39,763 nt of DNA from a candidate division WWE3 bacterium RIFOXYD1_FULL_39_9 (GTDB lineage: Bacteria > Patescibacteriota > WWE3 > UBA101185 > UBA10185). Positions 7,945-16,483 of this stretch are shown here, piece by piece. Position 1 is the first letter of the stretch; every line of letters begins with the position of its first letter. A program made the position numbers and the translations under genes. The DNA lies in assembly GCA_001773295.1 (NCBI GenBank), contig MEWG01000022.1, forward strand, positions 1 to 39,763, in the 5' to 3' direction. The notes below the pieces were generated by a model. It did no database searches. It was not told where the DNA came from and worked only from the letters and a program-made list of their open reading frames with translations.

Positions 7945-7992
7945 TTATCACCAGACTATATCCAATATCCACCATCACATATCCATTGTCAA
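7945..7992 (-). promoter_or_regulatory. candidate dcw promoter with phased TGG boxes (putative MraZ operator)
   Basis: The minus strand reads TTGACA-ATGGATATGTGATGGTGGATATTGGATATAGTCTGGTGATAA-ATG. TTGACA maps to 7992..7987, and GATATT lies 17 nt downstream as a possible -10. TGG triplets start at minus-strand offsets 2, 13, 23 and 34, a 10-11 nt phasing. TGGATAT occurs three times and TGGTGAT once. Confidence 0.4.
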
Positions 7993-8103
7993 TACAAATA
8001 AAACCCGAAATTGTGATAAATTAGGCCAATCTGAACATCAAGACATTTCATCTAATGTCAGCATAAAATTTTGAAGAAAATATTTAGTTTTAAAGGGAAT
8101 TTT

Positions 8104-9453
8104 TTACTTCTTTAGATAGTTATTAATCTGATCTATGTTCACTCGATCCTGTTTTGTTGTATCTCTGTCCCTAATCGTAACGGTATTATCTTCCAAAGTG
8201 GTGTAGTCAACGGTAATACAATAGGGCGTGCCTATCTCGTCCTGCGAGTAATATCTTTTACCTACGTTACCTCTATCATCCCAAGCCGTGTTAACGCCTG
8301 CTGAAACTAGTGCGTTATAAATTTCTTTGGCCTTTGATACAAGCTCCTCTTTGTTGCGCATTAGCGGAAATACAGCAACTTCGTAAGGCGCCACTTTCTT
8401 ATCCAACTTCAAAACGACCCTATCCCCGTCCTCGTAGTATGCGTCCATCAGAAGCACGAATAGCAGCCTGGATAGACCAATGGAATACTCCACAATGTGA
8501 GGGATATACTTCTCGCCGGTTTCGTCATCAGTATAAGTAAAGTCTTCGCCCGAAAATTCTCCGTGTCTCTTAAGATCCCAATCGCTTCTGTAGTGGATAC
8601 CCTGAAATTCCTTCCAACCAAATGGAAATTCATATTCAACATCTGTTGCGACTTTATTGTAATGAGCTCTTTCTTTAAATTCCTGATCACGTAATCTCAT
8701 CTTTGACTCAGTTATACCTAAACCTTTTAACCAATCTATGCTCCATGTCTTAAATTTTTCAAAGTATTGCGTGGCATCCTTTTGGTTTACAAACATTTCC
8801 AACTCCATTTGTTCAAACTCACGTGTTCTGTAGAAAAACGGACCCACTTTAATTTCGTTTCTAAATGCTTTACCAATCTGGGCAATACCAAACGGTAGTT
8901 TCAAACGCATCGCGTCTTTAACTAATTTATAATTGTAAAAAATCGGCTGACATGTTTCACCACGCAGGTATGCCTTAGTCTTCTCATCTTCCAAAGTTCC
9001 TACTTGAGCTTCAACAAGATTATTAAATCTTTTTGCTTTGGACAATTTATTTCCGTCGGGACTTAAAAGTTTATTGTCTTCGATAATTTTATTAATTTCT
9101 TCTGGAGTTGAACCATCTGCATTTATACCTAAAGCTTCCTCAATTAAGTGGTCTGCTCTATATCGCTTTCTAGTTTCAAGGTCTTCCACCATTACATCTG
9201 CGAAGGATTCTACGTGACCGCTGGCTTCCCAAACTCTCGGATGAGAAATAATAGCACCGTCGAGACCCACTATATCGGGCTGTCTGTGTACAAACTCGCG
9301 CCACCACAAATTTCTCAACTTCATCAACATTTCGGCACCTAAAGGTCCGTAGTCATACGTAGCTTCCCACCCTCCATATATATCCGAGGAAGGAAACACA
9401 AAACCTCTTCTTTTGCATAATGATATTATTTTTTGTAAATCAACACCCGTCAT
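8104..9453 (-). CDS. glyQS: glycine--tRNA ligase (homodimeric alpha2 type)
   Basis: 449 aa. KRRGFVFPSSDIYGG..YDYGPLG, the class II motif-2 region (IGKAFRNE) and a C-terminal anticodon-binding domain (PYEVAVFPL...GKRYYSQDEIGTPYCITVD) are present. Confidence 0.95.
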   Translation of the reverse strand: MTGVDLQKIISLCKRRGFVFPSSDIYGGWEATYDYGPLGAEMLMKLRNLWWREFVHRQPDIVGLDGAIISHPRVWEASGHVESFADVMVEDLETRKRYRADHLIEEALGINADGSTPEEINKIIEDNKLLSPDGNKLSKAKRFNNLVEAQVGTLEDEKTKAYLRGETCQPIFYNYKLVKDAMRLKLPFGIAQIGKAFRNEIKVGPFFYRTREFEQMELEMFVNQKDATQYFEKFKTWSIDWLKGLGITESKMRLRDQEFKERAHYNKVATDVEYEFPFGWKEFQGIHYRSDWDLKRHGEFSGEDFTYTDDETGEKYIPHIVEYSIGLSRLLFVLLMDAYYEDGDRVVLKLDKKVAPYEVAVFPLMRNKEELVSKAKEIYNALVSAGVNTAWDDRGNVGKRYYSQDEIGTPYCITVDYTTLEDNTVTIRDRDTTKQDRVNIDQINNYLKK

Positions 9454-9527
9454 ATCGCTTAAAGTATACTATATACGATAACAATCACAAATTCTAGCAG
9501 TTTTGAGAGGTCGCTAACTAATGCTAA

Positions 9528-10274
9528 CTAAAGGTTCGTCAATCCCCGAAGTTTGGAGTACCTCATGGCATCATCTGAAACCAAATGCATGTAATTCTTA
9601 ATTATTTTGTCTGCTATTTGTATCGTATTTTTTGAATCAGCGTATACGTAATCTTGAAAAGTATTTCGTTCAAGGTCACTTAACAAGTGAGCTGTCTTCT
9701 TATCAAGTGGCAATCCCGTTTCCCTGCACGTGTCACAAACAAATCCACCCAAAGCATAGTTAAATTTAACTTTTTCCCATGTATCATCCAAAGGTCGCGA
9801 ACAGACATTACATTTTGTAAGATACATCTGAAATCCTAGTAGACTCATTAATTTAATTTCAAAATGAGCTATTACTAAATCCGGAATTGAATCCTTTTTG
9901 GGAAGTTCGTTGAGAGTTTTTAACAGTTCTACAAAAATTTCTACTGTCTCATGATCTGACTCCTGAAATCTATTCAATAATTCCAAGATGTAAAGAGACT
10001 TAAAAGCCAAGGCTAAATCTCCTTTTATTTCCTTGAATGCGTTTATCGTATTAACTTCCTGTATCGACCTATACCCCTTGTGATCTTCGTGAATCTTTAC
10101 TTTGACGTGATTTAGAGTATCCAAATTACCTGCACGGCGCGACTGAAGCTTTCGGACTCCTCTAGCTATTGCAGATATTTTTCCATACTCTTTTGAATAT
10201 AGGGTGTATATTTTGTTGGAATCACCGTAGTTGATGTTCTTCAACACTACTGCTTCAGTAATGTACTGCTTCAT
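9528..10274 (-). CDS. recO: DNA repair/recombination mediator RecO
   Basis: N-terminal OB-fold pattern (EAVVLKNINYGDSNKIYTLYSKEYGKISAIARGVRK) and a zinc motif (CNVC...CDTC). The recO-gly tRNA ligase neighbourhood is a common synteny. Confidence 0.85.
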   Translation of the reverse strand: MKQYITEAVVLKNINYGDSNKIYTLYSKEYGKISAIARGVRKLQSRRAGNLDTLNHVKVKIHEDHKGYRSIQEVNTINAFKEIKGDLALAFKSLYILELLNRFQESDHETVEIFVELLKTLNELPKKDSIPDLVIAHFEIKLMSLLGFQMYLTKCNVCSRPLDDTWEKVKFNYALGGFVCDTCRETGLPLDKKTAHLLSDLERNTFQDYVYADSKNTIQIADKIIKNYMHLVSDDAMRYSKLRGLTNL

Positions 10275-10278
10275 ACAA

Positions 10279-12246
10279 TTAAAGCTTGGAACTGACCTTG
10301 GTGTCTTTGTTCAACAGAATCTCCTGTGATTTACCGTTTACTATTACAACATGTGTCTCTGAGTCAATTCCGGGTTGCTTCTGGATCGTCAAAGTGTATG
10401 TTCCGTTAGTAATAAGGTTATCGGGCAGAGCATACTTGAATGTCATTGACTTGGTTTCGTTAGGACCGAGTTCAATATAACCGGTAAAGTATGTTCTGTT
10501 GCGTTCCTGATCGGTTGAAGTTCCATCTTCCGAACCCTCTACGCTTATAAAGCTGGATCCAATAGGTGCGTACACTCTTACCCAATCCTTAAATCTTTTA
10601 ACAAAGGGGGCGTACTCATCTGAAGGCTGAGTGTAAGTGTAATCAATCTTGACCGTCCTTACCCATTTATTATTTTCCTTGGCAATGGTGTGCGTTACTT
10701 TTTTGTGAGTAAACCAATTTGTTTTGTCTCCGCCCAAATTTGTGGAAACAACCATGGAGTAGTCGCCTTCAGTCTTGTCAAAAACTCGGCCAGCAAAGTT
10801 GTATTTTTCGATTAACGCCTGAGCTTCGGGATCAAACATGTAAACAAGGATGTGTTTGCGTGTAGCAAGATTAATAGCCTTATCAATCATTTTTGGCCAC
10901 AGATTCTTATCTGCCTCGAATACATTTATAAGCATTGCTTCCATTAAGTCTCCTAATACTTTCTTTCTGTTTAGCTGTTCGCGTAACTCAAGTGAAGCAA
11001 TCTTTTCAAGTTCCAAGACCACATTCTCCGATGTGTAAGTTACGCCATTAACAGTTGCTGGACCTGTTACTTCAAGTAACTCCTTTACCACTTGAGTGTC
11101 AATGGCAACAATACCGTCTACCGGTTTGATCTCATAAGGATTAAGTCTTCCGGCCAAGGTGTAGAACTTCAGAAACTGATCCATGGAGGTTATAAAGTCA
11201 GGAGATGCGTTCATGTCTCTGGCATACCATCTCTCTACTAATAGATACTTTGTGTAAGCAGCAGGTGGGTCCGGAAAGTCGTATGTTGCGTCTATCGCGT
11301 CTAAAGCAAGATCGATGCTGTACATATCTTTGGAGGAAAAGTCCGACTGTAAAAGACCGTTATTAATCTTAAATGTAGCGTAATTGGTCATAAATCCACC
11401 TGTTGGTCTGAGCTCTTTATCGTTCTGCATTATTATCATGTATCTCTTCTCAGGGGTATCTACAGCTAATAGTTTAGGGAAAAGGGATAAAGCAACTTTA
11501 ATGTCAGGGCCGTATTCACCGGATTTTGAAAGGGTATTCTTTATAAATTCCAGATTTGATCTTACAGCTACGCCGTTTATCTCTTCAGGGTATTTAGCGG
11601 TATTTATAGATTCAAACTCTTTACCAATCTTAGATACTTTTTCAATTACACCGTCCATCTGACCGGCCACTTCAGGCATGATAGAAACCCATGACTGAAA
11701 TGCTTCCATAAGTCCCTGTTCCTCTGGAACTTCTTGACCCTCTTCGATTTTTAATCCTGCAGCATCTGCAAACGGCAACACAATTACTGAAGCTTCCCTC
11801 ATGGCGTCAATTCCGTAGAAACCGGCATTTATAAATTTATCTGAATCTGAATAAAATTCATTTAGCTTAAACAGCCCCATGTTTTTAGCCCAACCAAAGT
11901 TATCTTCTCTACTTTTGCGCAGAGCTGTTAAATCTTTTTCAGTTTGTTTAAGATTTTTTTCCAATGCAACTAAATCTCTATCTTTAAGCGAAGTTCCAAT
12001 AGAGTCTGCGTCTCTCTGTACCGTCTTTACTGCAGCTAAAACTGAATAAGCAGGTCTGATTAAAAATAAGTAACCAAGTGTAATTAAAACACCAAGTATT
12101 GCGATCATAACTATTCCTGTGACACCAAGCTTCATTGATAATTTATTTTTCATAGGGAGTTTATTATTAATGTTCAGTTTACCAATATCGTTTGATTGGG
12201 TTAAACCACCATCATTTTTTTTATTCCAAAATTTTGCGTTATTCAT
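10279..12246 (-). CDS. DUF4012-like membrane-anchored extracytoplasmic protein, function unknown
   Basis: 655 aa with one N-terminal TM (GVTGIVMIAILGVLITLGYLFLI) and a coiled-coil-like stretch. The core includes MQNDKELRPTGGFMTNYATF, which I recognise as the DUF4012 hallmark (ELR.TGG). The family assignment is from memory, not a search. Confidence 0.6.
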   Translation of the reverse strand: MNNAKFWNKKNDGGLTQSNDIGKLNINNKLPMKNKLSMKLGVTGIVMIAILGVLITLGYLFLIRPAYSVLAAVKTVQRDADSIGTSLKDRDLVALEKNLKQTEKDLTALRKSREDNFGWAKNMGLFKLNEFYSDSDKFINAGFYGIDAMREASVIVLPFADAAGLKIEEGQEVPEEQGLMEAFQSWVSIMPEVAGQMDGVIEKVSKIGKEFESINTAKYPEEINGVAVRSNLEFIKNTLSKSGEYGPDIKVALSLFPKLLAVDTPEKRYMIIMQNDKELRPTGGFMTNYATFKINNGLLQSDFSSKDMYSIDLALDAIDATYDFPDPPAAYTKYLLVERWYARDMNASPDFITSMDQFLKFYTLAGRLNPYEIKPVDGIVAIDTQVVKELLEVTGPATVNGVTYTSENVVLELEKIASLELREQLNRKKVLGDLMEAMLINVFEADKNLWPKMIDKAINLATRKHILVYMFDPEAQALIEKYNFAGRVFDKTEGDYSMVVSTNLGGDKTNWFTHKKVTHTIAKENNKWVRTVKIDYTYTQPSDEYAPFVKRFKDWVRVYAPIGSSFISVEGSEDGTSTDQERNRTYFTGYIELGPNETKSMTFKYALPDNLITNGTYTLTIQKQPGIDSETHVVIVNGKSQEILLNKDTKVSSKL

Positions 12247-12257
12247 AACAACTTAAA

Positions 12258-12263
12258 ATTATA
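12258..12263 (-). promoter_or_regulatory. candidate -10 box (perfect TATAAT) for the DUF4012-recO unit
   Basis: The minus strand reads ...CTTTTATAATTTTAAGTTGTT-ATG. TATAAT lies 11 nt upstream of the ATG at 12246, inside the 58-nt gap after the sugar transferase gene. The -35 is poor (TTTAAT). Confidence 0.3.
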
Positions 12264-12304
12264 AAAGAAATGCGCAACTAATTAAAGTAGATGCTATTTC
12301 CAGT

Positions 12305-12949
12305 TTACAATGCTCCTTTACCACTAAGAACCGCAAAGGGTGTCTTTAGGATTAGTAGTATATCAAACCAAATAGACTTTGTTTTGGCGTATTTAGCGTC
12401 AAGTTTCACCCTGTCCATAAATCCAACATTGGATCTTCCGCTAACTTGCCAAAGCCCTGTAATACCAGGTTTTACCTTCAATGCTTCTTCCAAGTAAGGT
12501 GCTGCTTCAGGATATTTCTGCAACTGTTCCTCGATTTCGTAAAAGTAATAGGCACGCGGACCTACAATACTCATTGTACCGAGCAGCACATTAAAAAACT
12601 GAGGCATCTCATCGATACTTAGTTTCCTAATAATCTTAGCACCTTTTAGAAGTCTCGGGTCTTCGTCTGCACTTAATTTATAGCTATTCTCCATGTACTT
12701 TTTATGGAGTTCTGGATAGTTGTCTTTTAAGAAATCATAGCCGTTTACAACCATTGATCTGAGTTTAAACATTTTGAAAGGTCTCTTATCTTTTCCTACC
12801 CTATCTTTTATATCTGCAAAAACAGGACCTTCCGGAGAAACAAGTTTAACCCATAACGCGCCGCCTATTAAAAGTGGTGAAAAAAGTATTATCCCGCAGA
12901 TTGAACCTATAATATCCATTAATCTCTTAGTTATGTCGTATAAACTCAT
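12305..12949 (-). CDS. small (PglC/WbaP C-terminal type) polyprenyl-phosphate phosphoglycosyl transferase, the initiating enzyme
   Basis: 214 aa. It has an N-terminal re-entrant hydrophobic helix (IIGSICGIILFSPLLIGGALWV), KRPFKMFKLRSM, SIDEMPQFFNVLLGTMSIVGPR and ITGLWQVSGRS, the bacterial sugar transferase signatures. Confidence 0.9.
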   Translation of the reverse strand: MSLYDITKRLMDIIGSICGIILFSPLLIGGALWVKLVSPEGPVFADIKDRVGKDKRPFKMFKLRSMVVNGYDFLKDNYPELHKKYMENSYKLSADEDPRLLKGAKIIRKLSIDEMPQFFNVLLGTMSIVGPRAYYFYEIEEQLQKYPEAAPYLEEALKVKPGITGLWQVSGRSNVGFMDRVKLDAKYAKTKSIWFDILLILKTPFAVLSGKGAL

Positions 12950-12985
12950 ATATGTTTAGCAGGGAGCTGTATCACCATAATAATA

Positions 12986-14080
12986 TCAAATATTTTTGCT
13001 CGTCAAATCATTAACGAGTTTTTTGATTTTTCCATTGAAGACATCTTTGCTAAATTCTTTTGCTCTCGAAATACAGTCTTCCTCAGAAAATTTACCGAGA
13101 TCAAAGTTTTTAAGAGTCTCGCATAACGATTCTACAGTCTGTTCTTCAAAGAAAACGCCGGTTTTACCCTCTATTATAGTTTCAGTCACTCCCCCTTTCC
13201 CGTAGGCTATAACAGCTTTGCCCATTGCCATAGCCTCTAGTGGAACAATTCCAAAATCCTCCAATTGTGTGTTTATCAAAGCCTTACATTTTCTAACTGT
13301 ATCCACTTTGATGTCATCTGCGTATCCCAAAAACTCGATATTTTCGTTCGCAATGCTTTTTAGTCTTTCCATATCTGTACCAACCCCGATTATTTTCAGC
13401 TTTAAATTCAATCTTTTACAAGCTTCGATTGCTAAGTCAACTTTTTTCCATGCCACTAAACGAGTTATCACTAAATAGTAGTCTGAGGCTGCAGAGCTAT
13501 TATTCGCCGTCTCTTTGAAGTTATTCATATCTACAAACGGGTAAATGATTGTCGACTCCCTGTTCAAATATTTTTTTATGCGCCTTTGAGCGTTGCGCGA
13601 GTTTGCTATCAAGAAATCTACTCTTCTTGCCGCAGTATAATCGGCCATTCTAAAATAGCTTAAGAAATAAGAAAGAAATCTTTTTAATCTGGGACTAAAG
13701 TAGCTATCCGGCTCCCAAAACATTCTCCCAGGTGAATTCATGTAACAAATGTGGATTTGATCGGCACGGGTAATGGCGTGATGCGCATATCTTGAAGAAA
13801 TTGAGAAAACTAACTCGTAGTCCTCAAGCTTAAATGACTCGATCCCCAATATATGAAACAAAAAAACCGAATAGAACCTGTTCAGTTTAACCTTAAAAGG
13901 CAGTACCTGCATAAAAGAAGTAATTACTTTAACACCACGTTTCTTAAACCTGTTGACCCAAAATTCAGTTGCTACGGGAGTAAACACATCTGCCTCAGGC
14001 CAAAGCTCCGAAACAGCTTCAACAACGTTTTCCTGACCTCCTCTTTGTATTAAATCGTCGCATACAATAGCTATTTTCAT
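12986..14080 (-). CDS. GT-B fold glycosyltransferase (GT4-like)
   Basis: MKIAIVCDD... start and a C-terminal E-x7-E region (EDFGIVPLEAMAMGKAVIAYGKGGVTETI). The ORF track starts at TTG 14095; I prefer the ATG at 14080. Confidence 0.85.
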   Translation of the reverse strand: MKIAIVCDDLIQRGGQENVVEAVSELWPEADVFTPVATEFWVNRFKKRGVKVITSFMQVLPFKVKLNRFYSVFLFHILGIESFKLEDYELVFSISSRYAHHAITRADQIHICYMNSPGRMFWEPDSYFSPRLKRFLSYFLSYFRMADYTAARRVDFLIANSRNAQRRIKKYLNRESTIIYPFVDMNNFKETANNSSAASDYYLVITRLVAWKKVDLAIEACKRLNLKLKIIGVGTDMERLKSIANENIEFLGYADDIKVDTVRKCKALINTQLEDFGIVPLEAMAMGKAVIAYGKGGVTETIIEGKTGVFFEEQTVESLCETLKNFDLGKFSEEDCISRAKEFSKDVFNGKIKKLVNDLTSKNI

Positions 14081-14096
14081 ATCTTTATAACCCAAT

Positions 14097-14120
14097 CACT
14101 TGCGTTGTTTTATGCAAGTG
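14097..14120. promoter_or_regulatory. perfect 7-bp inverted repeat (CACTTGC-N10-GCAAGTG) in the divergent GT/GT intergenic region
   Basis: cacttgc lies at 14097-14103 and gcaagtg at 14114-14120. The right arm supplies the TG of an extended -10-like element TGaAATAAT (hexamer 14122-14127), 9 nt upstream of the ATG at 14137. Confidence 0.35.
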
Positions 14121-14136
14121 AAATAATAGTAACATT

Positions 14137-15273
14137 ATGATTATAGGCTTAAATGGTCAAAAGTTACTTACTAAATCGCCGGCCGGACCGGAGAGGTATA
14201 CCTTAAGCCTCTACAAAGCTCTCGCCGGTCTCGACAAGACTAATCAGTATATTATCTATCTTGAAAACGATCCGACTGAATTTCCGGAAGTTAAATACTT
14301 CGAACAATTTCCAAACTTTAGACTCAAACAGTTAACAAAGATTGTTTCATGGACACATATTAGTCTTCTGCTAGAACTACTTAGAAACCCTGTAGATGTA
14401 TTTTTTTCACCGGTGCACACATTGCCGTTTATAAAAACATTTGGAACTAAATACGTTTCAATGATTCACGGGCTGGAATATAAAAGTAATGAGATTTATA
14501 GCACACTTTCAGCTCGAGGCTTACTTCATCCGTTTGTTCTTTGGTACACCATGTTAATTGCCGATTTAATTATTGTTCCATCGAGGTTTACAAAAAAGGC
14601 TGTAAAAACAAGTCGGTTATTACAAAATATGGAAAAGGTTAAAGTTATTTACGAAGGTGTAAACGATACTTTTTATAAAAGAAATGAACTTGAGATAAGC
14701 GAAATTAAATCCAAGTACGGTCTCTCAGGAAAAAATTACGTTATCTTTGTTTCAACGATTCAACCAAGAAAGAATATTCCAAATCTTGTTAAGGGTTTTA
14801 GTATGGCATTGGAGTCGAAAAATGAATTGAAAGAAACTATTCTGGTTATAGTAGGTGAAAAAGGCTGGTCCTTCGAGGAATCTATTGCTGCACCAACTAA
14901 ATATAATGTTGTGAATAATGTTAAGTTTTTAGGCTGGGTAGATCAGAGTGATCTACCTACGTTGATGTCAGGTGCCGCAGCATACGTTATGCCGTCTTTT
15001 GAAGAAGGCTTTAGTCTTACAATTCTCGAGGCCATGGCTTCAGAAGTTCCTGTTATAGCTTCGGATATTGAAACTCACAAAGAAATAGGAAACAATTATT
15101 GTAATTTCGTAAATCCAAACAGTCCTGAGGAAATTAAAAAAGCATTAATCAAAGTTCTTACTGGTCAAGTGGAGGCAAACAGAATTGAAAATGCAAAAAA
15201 TTATGCGAGAAGTTTTACATGGAAAGAAACTGCTATGAGAACTCTGTCTGCTTTTGAATCTTTGTTAGCTTAG
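14137..15273 (+). CDS. GT-B fold glycosyltransferase (GT4-like)
   Basis: FVSTIQPRKN... and EEGFSLTILEAMASEVPVIASDIETHKEI (E-x7-E), the typical group-1 architecture. Confidence 0.85.
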   Translation: MIIGLNGQKLLTKSPAGPERYTLSLYKALAGLDKTNQYIIYLENDPTEFPEVKYFEQFPNFRLKQLTKIVSWTHISLLLELLRNPVDVFFSPVHTLPFIKTFGTKYVSMIHGLEYKSNEIYSTLSARGLLHPFVLWYTMLIADLIIVPSRFTKKAVKTSRLLQNMEKVKVIYEGVNDTFYKRNELEISEIKSKYGLSGKNYVIFVSTIQPRKNIPNLVKGFSMALESKNELKETILVIVGEKGWSFEESIAAPTKYNVVNNVKFLGWVDQSDLPTLMSGAAAYVMPSFEEGFSLTILEAMASEVPVIASDIETHKEIGNNYCNFVNPNSPEEIKKALIKVLTGQVEANRIENAKNYARSFTWKETAMRTLSAFESLLA

Positions 15274-16407
15274 TGTCTTATCGAAAACCTCTTTTGTAAT
15301 TTCGGCTGTTTTTAACCAATTATATTTCTTAACTTGAGCGTATCCTTTTTGTCTCAACATCTCTTTTAACTCTGAGTATTTTACAGTTTCACTAATTTTT
15401 TGGGCAATATCGTCAACTGATTGCGGGTTAAAATAAACAACTGAGTCGTCGAAGACTTCTCTGTGACAAGGTATATCTGAAATCACACACGGCAAACCTA
15501 CGGACTGTGCTTCAAGCGGCGTTAAACTAAAACCTTCCTTTAGAGATGGGAAAACGTACAGATCCGCCGTTTTCCTGAGAGCGACTATCTCGTGGTCGGT
15601 AATGTAACGAATATTCCCCGGTAACACAACGTCCTTCTCCAATCCTTTAGATTTAACATAATCTAAAACATCTTCAGAAAACTTATCTTTTTTTCCAACT
15701 AATACCATTTGACCTAAGTAAGTTCCCTCCGTTTTCATTTGTTCAAAAGCGTCGATCAGCCGTTTAACATTTTTGTGCTCATACATGCTACTAATATATA
15801 AAAGGAAATTCCTGTTAATTCCAAGCTGAGTAAGATCTAACTCGACATCGTTTGCCGTAGTAAATACGGGATCAACCCCTTCGTATGCAAGTACAAATTT
15901 ACTGTCACTTAAAAATCCATAATATTTCATCATGTCGTTCTTAACATCGTTTGATGGAACAATTACATACTTGGATCTGATAAGTGCCCAAGTTAGAACT
16001 AATTTATAAATAAACTTTTTAAAACGAAAATATGGTTTTGGTAATGTTGTACCCCTTTCAGTACTGTATGTGTGCATGATTATGTCGGGAATTGCCGTTA
16101 CTAATTTAAACGGATATAAAACAGGAATATTAAAATGAGGAACATAAAGCAAATCCAGTGGGTATTTTAAAACGTAGTATAAAAAAACAAATTGTTCGTA
16201 CCACGTATACCATTTAACGTCTGCCAAAACTTTAATAAAATTATGATTTTCCGGCTCGTAGCTTTTAAAGCCTTTTTCTCTCAGGAAAATATAATATTTA
16301 TTGGAGGAATCCACTTTTTCAAGATGCTCGACAATATTCTTAACATATCGACCCGGGCCGGCCTCACCGTAAAACCTTGCATCTATGCCAATTATTTTGG
16401 GTTTCAT
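15265..16407 (-). CDS. GT-B fold glycosyltransferase (GT4-like)
   Basis: MKPKIIGIDARF... and KEGFSLTPLEAQSVGLPCVISDIPCHREV (E-x7-E). Its 3' end overlaps the convergent GT by 9 nt. Confidence 0.85.
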   Translation of the reverse strand: MKPKIIGIDARFYGEAGPGRYVKNIVEHLEKVDSSNKYYIFLREKGFKSYEPENHNFIKVLADVKWYTWYEQFVFLYYVLKYPLDLLYVPHFNIPVLYPFKLVTAIPDIIMHTYSTERGTTLPKPYFRFKKFIYKLVLTWALIRSKYVIVPSNDVKNDMMKYYGFLSDSKFVLAYEGVDPVFTTANDVELDLTQLGINRNFLLYISSMYEHKNVKRLIDAFEQMKTEGTYLGQMVLVGKKDKFSEDVLDYVKSKGLEKDVVLPGNIRYITDHEIVALRKTADLYVFPSLKEGFSLTPLEAQSVGLPCVISDIPCHREVFDDSVVYFNPQSVDDIAQKISETVKYSELKEMLRQKGYAQVKKYNWLKTAEITKEVFDKTLS

Positions 16408-16440
16408 AACTTACTAAAGTTTATAGAAACGAGCTTTAAG

Positions 16441-16476
16441 CGTCAATTTGACATATTTCTTTGCTAAACTCAAAAT
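16441..16476. promoter_or_regulatory. back-to-back -35-like boxes (CGTCAA-T-TTGACA) and a candidate wzx promoter
   Basis: Plus strand: TTGACA 16448-16453, a 17-nt spacer, CAAAAT 16471-16476, then 7 nt to the ATG at 16484. Minus strand: TTGACG (16446..16441), 15 nt, TATAAA, then 12 nt to the ATG at 16407. The two -35 boxes form a near-palindrome. Confidence 0.3.
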
Positions 16477-16483
16477 TAAAACA

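Noticed and set aside
8042-8059. Hairpin GACATT-tcatct-AATGTC downstream of glyQS as a possible intrinsic terminator.
   Set aside because: The stem is only 6 bp and AT-rich, and no T-tract follows on the minus (coding) strand. It is too weak to call a terminator.
9454-9527. Possible T-box riboswitch leader upstream of the glycyl-tRNA synthetase gene.
   Set aside because: The whole intergenic region is 74 nt, far shorter than a T-box leader. No specifier/antiterminator architecture or conserved T-box sequence is visible.
12215-12222. Homopolymer runs as phase-variation switches. These are T8/A8 at 12215-12222 (codons 8-11 of the DUF4012 gene), A8 near 19891-19898, near 25007-25014 and near 35490, and a G6 at 23904-23909 in a GT gene.
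   Set aside because: The runs are at most 8 nt and correspond to Lys (AAA) or Phe (TTT) codon strings, which are expected in this AT-rich, membrane-protein-rich DNA. The G6 is too short for efficient slippage. No frameshifted ORF continuation is seen.
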